A stretch of DNA of 64,000 nucleotides from Balanoglossus misakiensis (lineage: Eukaryota; Animalia; Hemichordata), in assembly GCA_040954595.2 (NCBI GenBank), contig CM082578.2, positions 16,476,998 to 16,540,997 of the forward strand. Direction: 5' to 3'. Below the pieces are notes generated by a model that did no database searches, was not told where the DNA came from, and saw nothing but the letters and a program-made list of their open reading frames with translations. Position 1 is the first letter of the stretch. Every line of letters begins with the position of its first letter. This document shows, in pieces, positions 52,401 to 64,000 of the stretch. The translations under genes and the position numbers were made by a program.

Positions 52401-55400
52401 GACTGAGGTAATGGGTGTTACAGGAACACTGATGTCGGGTGAGGATGGATCTGTATTTGTCGATGCTGTGCTGTTTACACGGCGTCTGTTATCAAAAAAA
52501 CACAAAAAAGGAGAAGAGGAAAAAAGGTTACTCAACTAGAACTGACATTTTCTCAATGATATTTTATCCAGGATTTATAATTAACATACAGAGATAAAGG
52601 TATGAAGAATGGAACATTGTAAACCCAGTCACTTTGTGGAAGTATATTACACAATATTGTGAAATGCAACAAAATTCACGGTTTCCAGTTCAGCAAGACT
52701 GTTTTGATAATAATAATTCCATAAGACAATCAAGCTGTCATCACACTTCCATTTGCATTACTTTCTACGGATTTTAGCATTTTGCCTCACCTCTTAGCAG
52801 ACCTCTTTCTTGTATGCCTGCATTTTGGTCTTGGTTTCTGGGGCTGGACAATGGGCTGAACTTCTTCCACATGTTCATTCTGAGAGGAGAACCAGTCAAG
52901 AAAAAAGGTGCTATAGTATATAATGACAAACAACACTTCATAGAATTGAGACAGGCTAATGTTATTTTCAATGTTACCAAATGAAGACTACACACCTGTT
53001 CTGATTCCTGCGTATCTTCTTTTATCCCCTCCAGTGCACTCTGTTGTCCTGCCTTGGCGGCTTTAGCGTTAGCAATCCTCTCCAACGCTTGCTGGCGTCG
53101 CTTTTGAGTCCTCTCCATCTTTTTGAACGCTTCCATGATGGCGTGCATCTTCCTCTCTTCCCGGGTCATTTTTTTCATCTTTTCCTGGTCCAGTTCCTCC
53201 TCTTGTTCATCTTCCGGAGTCGGCATCTTCTGCTCTTTGCCCGCTTCATTCTCAGAATGTTGATTGTCGGCTTGGTTGCTTTCCAACGCTTCTGGGCTAT
53301 CCGTGGAAGCCTGATATGTAATACCAAGATACGAGGACACATGAAAATAATGCAATCCAACAAGGAGATTCAGACATGAACTATTCACTTCGCAAAACAG
53401 GCGTGGAATTTACAAAGTTGAGTTTCCGTCCTTGTCTGTTCATTGTCCCAGAAACACCATTTCCGTCACGCCCTACATTCTATGTATAAAGCTTGTTAGA
53501 AAACTTCCGTGTGATGTCACAGGTCACCAGGGGGTCAGGGTGCAAAGGGTTTTACTCAACATTCAATGTCCCACTAACCACATTTCTTACAGTTACACCC
53601 ATTACATTCTATGTCATAGTTACAAGACAGCTGTATGTCTGCCAGAGTCAGCATTTGATTCAAAACCCAGTGAATTCAGACTTTGGTCATGCATGCCTCA
53701 CATTTGCAATCTGACCCTGCAATCTGATTCAACCACAACATAACTGAAATCTGATCCTGCAGTGCTCCCTTTTTTTGAAACAGATTTAGATCAAACACAC
53801 GCACACACTCCCCGGTCGCAGTCAAGTGAAAACGAAAAAGACAGCAATGACAAAGCTATGTTGTACTGACCTGATTGCTATGATTTGCAATGGATACCCT
53901 GAGAGGGGAGACCTTTCTGCTTTTACTTGATGCTGAGCCAGCAGCATTGGTAGAACTGGAAAGCTCTTCCTCGCCAAGGTGAAGGTGGTTGTTCTTGTGA
54001 CGATTATTACTCGACGGCGGCCTCTGTAACGAGCTTGCTTTGAAACACTTGTTGTTGTGCTCGGCCACAGGACAGTTTTTCTGTGGGCAAGCACATTCCA
54101 CTGGGTACCCACTGAGGAAAAGATCAAAAGTAGAATTTATACTTTAGAAAATCACCATCCCCTTGAGTTCCATGTCATTTGGTAAATGGCCATTCAAAAA
54201 TCATATGTGACATGATTTTCAACTCGGGGTTTGTCAAGTCAACATGATTTGCAATAATATAATACCTTCAAGAAGTTCATACTTCCGCATTTTTTGGAAC
54301 ACCTAATGTCAGATTTGGAGAAGTAATTCATCACCTGTACAGGTTCCTGGCAACATGCCAATGGAAATCCCCTGATTACTCATTTCCTTTATTCTAAGAA
54401 ATCCCCCCCCCCCCCCCCCCCTTTCTGTTCAAAGTGTAACAAATTTGGAAAATGGGAGACCAGTTCTTACCAGTCCTTGTAGTTGTAATCAAATCCAATG
54501 GTCACTTCTGCAGCTTTCGGGATATCATGAATGGCGCACAAATACAGATGTATGTTTCCATCTATGACTGCATGTTTCACCTGCAAATATGAAATACAAT
54601 AAATCACACATTAAAAACTTCAAAAAGGAGATTTGTGATAGTACTCACACCACCTGATTATAATGGACACTCCCACTAATCAGACAAAATGCGAATTGCT
54701 TCAAGTGAATATCAGTAGTAATCACCACTACACAGGGTATTATAATGTTTTGCTTGTTTTTCCCAATACTCAAACATTCTGTAGACACAGAACACAATGA
54801 AATACAGTGGCAGCTTTTTAGTAAGACTTACCTCAGCATTGGGTTTACATGATCTTCTCACAAACCGGGCATCTGCACCATATGTGCTTGCGTCCACACA
54901 TATTCCAACGTTACCAATGTTGTAAAACAACACATACGGGTACGGCCTAGAAAATAAACACAGAAAGCCATTGTTTACAATTGATTTACAATATTTGTGT
55001 TTCGGTGGCCAGTTTTTGAATAGTGTGACGTATGCTTTGTATGAAATCATGTTTTAAACAACTGAATTACATCAGCATCATGAGATTCAATCACATGAGG
55101 TGACAAACAGTTAAGTAGGGCACAGCCATTCACAAAGAATGTAGTTCTGTCTGCGTTTTTTTCCACCGATTTGCAGCCTGCTTGTAATTTTCACAATGCA
55201 TCAAAAATTCATCTGGTCTACAATGTGCATGAATAATTTACCAAATGTGTATGTGACTTTCTCCTGAGATACTTATGACAACTTATGCAGACAGGTGACT
55301 AATGGGTGGTCAGAAAGACACACTGCAAGTTTGGACTGTGACAAGAAATAGTGCCATATAACCATAAGAGTCCACACTAAATGTTGAATTCTGACTCTGA

Positions 55401-58400
55401 CAGAAATACACATCTCTCACCTCTTGAAGAAAGGATCCTGAGCATCAAACTGTTCCTTCAACACAATTTTGCCCTTGTATTCCACAATGGCTTCTGCAGC
55501 TTTGACCAGCTCTACCGCAAACACCCCTTTCCTGGTTGCATTAATGGGGTGAGCAATGGCCAGCTTGGCCGGCGCCTCGTTGCTTGAAAGAGTCAATGCA
55601 CTCGATGAGTTCTGATCATCTGCAGCCAGCAAGTGCTGGATATCAGCACTGTACTGATTTTTATCAGCTTCTGTGTAGTTTTCCATTAGTAGGCTGTCGG
55701 AATAAAATGTCCAAGATTGAACGCTTTTGATGTTACAATAAATGACCAGCCGCATCGCAGGTTTTTGCTTTGCTTGTTGACCAACAAACAAGAAAGGTAA
55801 TTGATGGCAATGATACTAATGCAAGATACGTAAATTTTATACCGCCTGAAACAAAAGCAAAACATTCTGAAGAACAGCTACCCTTACAAGTTATATTCAC
55901 TTGCCTCATGTACGAAATGTACAGCCCAAGTTTACGTACCTTGCACTGTGGTCCCAGGAATCCATAGTATCTTCACTGACATCAACGAATGTGAATTCGC
56001 TAAACTTCGTCTGTTCACTATTCTCGAGCTTGTTCTGCAAGCAAAGTCAGAAGGGAATAGGGTGGATAATTTAGAAATTCCAGCAAATCAACATAAATAC
56101 TTGTGCCATAATTTCTTACTAGGTCTAACGACACTTCACCACAAAAAGAGGTCACTAGATGAGAATGTGTACTTTCTAGGCAATGGGGTGCGATAAATTA
56201 TTGCAGAGTAGATTTTGCCAAATTGATTTAAAATATGATGACCAGCTTACATATCGAACTTCAACTCACCTCTGATTGCCTTTCAAACTTGTCTCGATTC
56301 TGATCATCCCCTTTTCCTTTCCTCATTCTCCTCTTCTTTAGTTTCTTACTTTTCAACGTGGTTAGAGTCAGGCTGGTTGGAGAGTTGGACACCGCCGTAT
56401 AGGTGGTGGTTGTCACTTCATCACCGCTGTCTGTTGCACTAGTATCTGGAGTTATACAATTAAGTATTGGGGGAAAAGGGAGAGAAATCATCATACAATT
56501 GTATACAATTTGCAATCACAAATGTAAACATACAAGAGTCGTTTTCATGCAATCTGATGCAGAGCCTGCTTCAGTTTTGGCTGAGTGAGACAACTCAGTA
56601 GGGTCACACTGATGTGTACAAGCACTTAGCTGATGCTATGTCATTGCACAATTACTTGACAAACATACACCCCCTACCCTCCCACCAACATATTTATCAT
56701 TAATGAAACATATTATCATGAGTACTGATGGATCAATCATGTAAATTGCAACATTTACATATTGCCATTGCAGATGTTACAGAAAGAAAAAAGACACATG
56801 ACCTGTTCGCACTGACATTATAAACATAAAAAAGAGAGCATGAAGGTAGTGAAGTTTAATTTATAGCAGCTCTTGATTTATGACTGAATATAAAATTGTT
56901 AGTATGCACACATTAAACTGTGGCAAAGCCGTTGCCCAGACTAGAAAGTAATCACCAAAGCATGACACTCCATGACTTATGTGTGTTACTAGAGTCACAT
57001 TCAATAATATACGACATCTAATAATGCCCCATCCATGCCTTGATAACAGTGTGTATATTTCTACATATTGGAAGTCATTTGCCTCGTTTTGCACAGGACA
57101 GGCTAGGTCTGCGCTGTTGAGACGGATAATCCCAGTCATAAATTTACCTGTCATTTTTTCTTTCTTCTTAGATTGCAATGTGACCGCCTTGTCCTTGTCC
57201 ACCATTCGCGGCTGGCATTCGTCACAAAAGTATATTTCAGGGATGTTGACTTTGTCTATACCCATGCACTCAACGTGTTGCCAAACTGAGCACTTATCGC
57301 AGCAAATCATATAGCCGTCATCGTGATCAAAGCCACTGTACACAAACAGAAAGATAAAATACATAATTACATTTCATGCTTCAGAGTCCACACCACCCCA
57401 ACCTATTATCAAATTAAAATTTGACGACATTACCAGAAATGGTGGACAGTTTTCTTTCGTAGTATGTCCATGACATATCAACTGGTTAGTGGTCAGAGTC
57501 AAGGATGTTTCAATCAAACAAATCCCACCTCTGTAACTCAAAAACGTGAAGAGACGAGCAACATGGCAGTCCCGTCAAGTGTCTAGTCAGAAACGTTCTC
57601 CAATCAGCCATATTGATGTTGTCAGAGAACCCTAGACAACTTAATATAATATGAATGCATACGGTAATACATGCATTCAGGTTGAGTATTTTTCACCCTG
57701 TCAGATTCGCGATGACTCATAGTCACAGGGCTTATCTTGTCTCTCCTGAATATGACATACAGCCTAACATGAATATTTAATTTATGCAAAGATACAGTGT
57801 AGCTAGGCAACCGGCTGGGGAAAATTTGCATCACAGGAAAAATAGTGCAATCTGCTACCTTATCTGCATTGTAATTCTCTTGCATTAGTACAACCTAAGC
57901 TGTGCCCGCCAAACAAATCACCCCCCCTAAACACACACACTCAGGTCAACTGTTCATCAACCCCAATGACTCCGCCACAGTTTCAATTTACGATACTTCG
58001 TGAACCACACCGTCTGATGTGAACAGAGAGCTACACTTTCATTATATGACAGGCTAATTGATCTGTCACTTTTCAATCCAATATTGTGAGCTCTTTGTTG
58101 TTGCTAGTATAATGAACACGCACATTTTTTTCTCTTCTCACCTTTCATGGTTATCTATTTATCTGCCATATTTTTATGCATGCAATTATATTCAGCATGA
58201 CCCCTGGGATTACATTTGTTCTAGGTTGTAGGACCATTATGGAGGTGTCACACTCTTTTCTTTATTAACGATATTGTAATCCACTGCATATATTTATGAC
58301 CAAATTAATACGACAGTCTTCAATATCTGACTAACAAAGCCTTGCTTTTTTAACAAGTGTGATTATAGAACAATTATGATTAGTACCACTGTAACAACAC

Positions 58401-59433
58401 TACCTATTTTCTGAACTGTGTCACTGTTGTATTTTCAATATTCCAGGTACTGCCTCTAAAAGTTTGATTGCCTGTATGAAGAGTCTATTTTACAGAATTA
58501 ACTGAACATGCGCAAACATGCCATATGTCCCCATAATTCAAAATAATATGCTAAATTTAGTATGTGTGTGTGAATTGAAGTGGGACAGATATGCTTATGG
58601 ACGGTTTTAGTTTGTTATGATGTACACTCACCAGATACACCTAGTGATGCTGTTTTCTTCATTTTCATCTGCTGTTTCTGTAGCACTGTTATTACTGATG
58701 TTGCAGCTATCCTCGATAAAACCATTTACCTTTGGCAGGGGCGGTGATTGTGGTGGTGTAGGAGGTGGTGGTGCCCCGTAGTTATGATCCTAAGATTTTG
58801 AAAAAGATACACACATTTATTACCACTGTGCTGCCACCAGACACAATCAGTTAAAACTAGACTTGATTTTATCATCAAAGTCTTTCTGAAGAGTATTGCA
58901 TACTTTGCTCTGTTCTTCATTCTCACTGCAACCGAAAACCAGTCTTGAATGTGATTCCAAAGGCCTACACAGGATCAAAGTCTCTCAGTTCATTCAAAAC
59001 ACAAAAATTATCAAAGTATGACTAACCTGATAAGGCAATCCTAGATAGTGATTATGGTGATGATGAGAATGGTGGTTATGATGGTAATGGTTGTGATGCT
59101 GATGGGAGTTTGTATTTGTTGTCAGTGTAGTAACCGGCTGTTGGTAGCTGTTAGCATCTCCAGTTGCGACAGGTTCTTCATTAGATTCTGGGCTGTAACA
59201 ATGAGACAAAAAACACTACATCGTACAGTCAAAAGAGAAATCTACTGGGATGGTTAAGATGAAAAATTTCACAGGAAAACGCACATTTCCACAAATGTGT
59301 ACATTTTATTGATTTACTTGAATATAAGTTTTTAGATGACAGAAAGAGATGCTACTTACTCAGACCCAGCAGCCATGACAATGTAAGTATCTTCTTTTCT
59401 GGTTGCTGAGGCAACATTGAATATGATACTCAT
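46467..59433 (-). CDS. KMT2E: KMT2E (MLL5)/SETD5/UpSET-like PHD + SET protein, about 21 coding exons
   Basis: N-terminus MSIIF..MAAGS-PES..GLPYQ|[13 protein letters not shown] (exons 59433-59360, 59192-59027, 58789-58632). PHD finger [29 protein letters not shown] (57335-57148). SET exons ~55770-55421, ~54946-54832 and ~54581-54472 ([22 protein letters not shown]). Also REERKM..IMEAF, KRWLRQA, TPLKKRR and [10 protein letters not shown] motifs. Gln/Tyr-rich last exon ends at 46467. Confidence 0.95.
46470..46950 (-). repeat. Cryptic CAG/CAA low-complexity region coding for a Q/Y/P-rich tail
   Basis: The last KMT2E exon translates to [17 protein letters not shown]... Confidence 0.85.
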
Positions 59434-62400
59434 CTCGCTTGCATCGGAAACCAAATCCACATTGACATCGGTGACACATGTGGGCAACAGGGTGACCGCC
59501 TGGCCCCAGGGCAGGCACACATTGCAACAACTCTGTTATTACTGCAAAATGAAACAAATCAAAAATAATGATTTTCTTCGTTTTGTTTCACATGATATGT
59601 GACATTCCTAAATAACCATAAATGCAACCTCCTGATGTCCATTTCTTTCGCAATAACGCAGGATGTTGAATTTCACTGTATACATGTATGGTGGAAGGCG
59701 AAGGTCTCTCTTAATTTTCCTTCACAGTTCATTTCCTTTATTTCACTTTGCAAAATCATACACAACTGAAACGAACTGTAGATGAGTGATCAAAGCAAAG
59801 CAAATATTTAAAATGTGTTTCTCAGCATGAAATAAGTACAACTAACCCAGCTACAGTACAATACCAGAGAATTTCATATAGCGCCACTCAAAATATCCTC
59901 TCCCTATATTTAGACATTTTAATTTATAACATACACTGATGGTGCAAGCAACTGATGCCCAATAAAGCATAAGTCATGTCTGGAATACCCCCACCACACT
60001 ATGTAGTCATAAACACAATGCAGTCCACATTTATCATGCGCAGTGCACAAAGTGTAGCCTTCGGCAAATACACGTCCTTACATTATAAACTACAACACAC
60101 CCAACACAATCTCTGAACTACACACCTCTCATACAAACACTCACATAACGTTGTACCTATCAAATTCAACACATCAAAGTCACTCATTAACATATAACGT
60201 TTAGTCTTATTAGAATGCAGGGATGTGTCCCAGAAATGGAACTCAATCTGCTCTTTTTCTCCCTTCTATGCCTCTTGCAGCTGTCGCCATATTTGCCTGC
60301 CTTTAGGGCGATGCTTTTGTAGTTATCAATTTCTATTCCACTGAGAATCTGACCAATCATAGACTACCCACAATGCCTCAGTTCATGGATCACTGATATG
60401 CTAATGAACATTTCAAAAGGGCCTCGCAAGTTCCCATTTACTGATCTTCTATCACTGGACTGGATGCATTAGGGCTTTTCTAAAAAGCTTTATTGCCATT
60501 CCTTTGATGGGTGAGTGGAACAAAAGCTGACGTCATTGTCCTTTGGGAGTGGATTGATCTATAACAATAACAAGTGCCACATTAGACATTTTATGGTAAT
60601 AGTCGTCACGGTCGCCATTTTGAGGGCATTCTCCACTAGGAAAACAAATTCAAAAATTACCAATGGTTATCATATTTCGCCAATGTTTTAGTCATTTTTT
60701 AATATTTCTATGAGGACACAACTGTGGGGAAATATCCAATTTGAAGATCTCTCCAATGCTGGATTATTCTTTTCAGTATTATATGCTTTCAGCCGTTCTT
60801 TACTTCAATAATGTCACATATTACACAATGTATACTACATACAGATACTGTCCACAGTCACAATAACGAAGATTCGTTATTTTTTCTTTGCATCCAACTC
60901 TCTCTGCATGGCAAGGCTATGCATCTTAGCAGACATGCTGTATGCATATTTAGCTTCTTGCAGATTCAGAGGTATCTAGGTCTATCAACGTTCTACCAGG
61001 CTGTAGCATCTTTCCCAGTGCACACTTTCAAACATCAATAACAAGCACAAACACAATAATTTTATCATTCAACAGCAAAGCACACTGCTTAGGTACGACT
61101 AAGCTGGCAAGCACACATGCAAGCTGGTGTGTAGTGACACAGAAAATGCACACATACACATGAGCAGTGCCTGCCATGTTTTTGGCATTTGTCCAACTGA
61201 TACACATCCGCTTGCAACATAATTTTTAACCTAACAAATAGCTCTCATTCACAGAACATTCCTTGGTTATCTTTAGTTTCAGTTGAATAACAGCTTCATT
61301 ACAACCTTGTATTGTAATAATTAAATAGCTTGATAGATACAATTACATTCACTAAGACTGTAAGAATGTATTTTTTCGCTAAATCCACGTCTTCCATATA
61401 CATGTATCTGAGTTACTTGTACCCATTACAATAATACTACGCACACGCCACTTAGCCTATTTACAAGCCCTTTTATGAGCTCTATCATGTAAGTTTCCCT
61501 CTGAGTGCCCCTATAATATCTGAAAAACCTACAACCTATGTTATAAATACTCTAGTATCTGTATGTCCTCACTCTTCGATGATACACACATGCAATTTGC
61601 AATATGCATAAATGAATATGTTTCGCTAATCCAAAAAGCACCTCCAGAATGAAGCATGAATGATATTGATAGATATCAGTTTCTTTGCAACTGGCTGGAT
61701 AAAATACAGTGAATTTACAATCAATTGGAGAGGGTAAAATGTTACACAACCACCCCTGCCAGGAACATCAATAGCCATGGTATAACACAGACCAACACCA
61801 AGAACGTCATTGTGACTAAAACTGAATGAAAACACAGGGGATAAATTTAATCCATACAGACATACAAAGAACAGAACAACACAGCAGTCACATGACCCAA
61901 GCCGCCATTATACCCATGTCAAAGAGAACGTTTCAAGCAAACGCTGTGAACTCTTCAGCCAGAGTCACATGACATTTTAACAATGTAGACAGACACACAT
62001 CGTTCTCATTTACACACTTCTCAAGGCAGGAAATTACCATATGCATGTACTGGCACAAACCAAATTTTGAACCAAGGGCCTCAATACGTGAAGTCATATA
62101 TGCTCTCGCATCTTACTAAACAGAACAAATTTTATAATACAAAATGTATAAAATGATTATCAGAAACTGTCAACTAACACACAACGCTATCATAATTTCG
62201 AATTATAGTACACTCAAACAAACACTTTCCTCATCTCTTATCACACACTATTCACGTTTTAAAAATTTACCGGTATACAAAACTTTGATAACGTTTCAGC
62301 GTGGTATTGATTTTCTTTTGTCCAGAATGAATTTAAAGGGAGTAAGTTCTGTTCACACATACATTGCAGTTCAGGTGCAAGGGCAAAAACTTTCACTTCA

Positions 62401-64000
62401 CAAAGCAATCCGGTACATGTAAAATCGGGTAGAGTATAAAATATATGAGGGGTCAGACTCTGTATCATGAAATGAAAATATATGTGGTTGGGGCAACTAC
62501 TAATTCAACATCATCACAATGTCTGCTGAGAAATAATAGTTGGATGTCCAGGTGATTGAAATCACTTCTATTCTGGTGATGTTATGGTTGAAGGCTCTCA
62601 CCACATAAAATCTAGTCAATGGGATCTATTGGGCCTTTCTTTGCTTTCATTGGGCAGAGTAACAAACTGATAGCAACCAAGTCAATGGCATGTAGCATAT
62701 TTCATCAGCCATGCACTTTCATATGCAAATGTGTTTACATGGGTACCAGTGATTCACATTCAAAATGAAGTCCAACTGAAATAGACGGAAACAAAGGTTG
62801 ATTCAGTTTATCAATAATGCATGTACAGCCCTTCTGATAATGGGCAATCCATAGAGAACACACATTTTTGACTGTGGCTTGGATCAATGCTAAAATTCAC
62901 CACCATATATGTTCATGGCAGGATAACAAATTTGTATAAAACCTGGCAGGTAGAAATAGGAGAATTTCAAGGAGAGCATGTAGCATTAGCAATCTTTCTG
63001 TCGGGAAGTGGGAGTTCAACAAATGGTGACTTTTCAGCTAATAACAAAAAACAACACTGGTGTACCATTCATGTTCTGGAATATAATACCCCTTAACATG
63101 AACTTTAAAAAGCACACAGATATGAAAATAACATCAATTTCAAACAATAATGCAGGTTACAATACGTGTTATCTTATTATGCCCATTTCCATAAAAGACA
63201 AAAATAGCCTGTATAAACCATGTAGGACTACATATATCAGGGAGAAATAGACCACCAAGTCACATTAACACTACCCACAAACAAGATAATATTCATCATA
63301 GAAACCACTGCTCAGATAGATGCATCTGACATTTCACAGATGAAACATGTAAAGAAAATTTGTGTGGATACTCTACATTATAGTTCCTGGAAAATTGATG
63401 CTGGTACTCTGTATGAATAAACTATGTAAATAATAATGTAGGGGTTGCCATGGTGAAAACAAGATCTCACAGCAACAACCTGTATAATTTGAAAAGAAAC
63501 AATTATGTAGTAATTACTGATAGTGCATATTCTTTGCTACTAATTAAGGTATACCTAACACCACCTTCACTAGTTGATCATCTAACCCCACACCACCAAG
63601 AAGTACATAAACAGTCAAAATCCTGTTTAGACTATAATTATTTTGATGTCGACCCTGAAGACAACAGAGTAACCATGGAATTTGGACGTCTGCAGTGCTG
63701 TAATATTCTGTGCTGCACAACTGCAGGTTTTATCATCACATCAATCCTTTTTTCTTGAGACATTTTCCAAACACCAATGTGAGAACATATTAAATGAGAC
63801 ACATATATTTTCTCGCATGGGTGTGTTCACTGGAAACTTGACCAAGAAATCTAGCAAAATCGGTTGACGATATGTTCAAACTTTATGTCTGGACTTTGAA
63901 CATTGACACAAAAGATTGCGATAAAATACTGGGTCTGGGGTCTTATTTTAGAATGGAAACACACTATAGCTGTCAAATTTTAACTCGGACAGTCCAGTTT

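Noticed and set aside
59600-64000. Short ORFs at the end of the window
   Set aside because: No coding signature; most likely a long 5'UTR intron of the KMT2E-like gene.

Overview
Intron-rich, AT-rich animal genomic DNA, probably an invertebrate bilaterian (the species cannot be told from sequence alone). Gene order: 3' part of a divergent DCAF1/VPRBP-like gene (+) with a U12-type intron; UBE2N (-); an atypical tRNA-Arg(UCU) (+); ER-type MSRB3 (+); a decayed multi-exon pseudogene of unknown family (-); an HMGA AT-hook gene (+) with a ~10 kb intron 3 and let-7 seed matches; a C3orf18/SMIM29-family membrane protein (-); HEMK1 (+); a CRADD/RAIDD-like CARD-death domain adaptor (-); and the coding region of a KMT2E/SETD5-like PHD-SET gene (-). 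The main finding is that the gene order joins neighbour pairs found on separate human paralogous segments (MSRB3-HMGA2, HMGA1-SMIM29, C3orf18-HEMK1, UBE2N near CRADD), so it looks like an unduplicated ancestral block. Other findings are a G3:U70 pair in the Arg tRNA, a uORF overlapping the KMT2E start codon, a fossil acidic tail behind the DCAF1-like stop codon, and an 86-bp MITE with 9-bp target-site duplications. I see no clear evidence of a wholly new biological system. Exon coordinates were read by eye, and human comparisons come from recalled knowledge, not searches.
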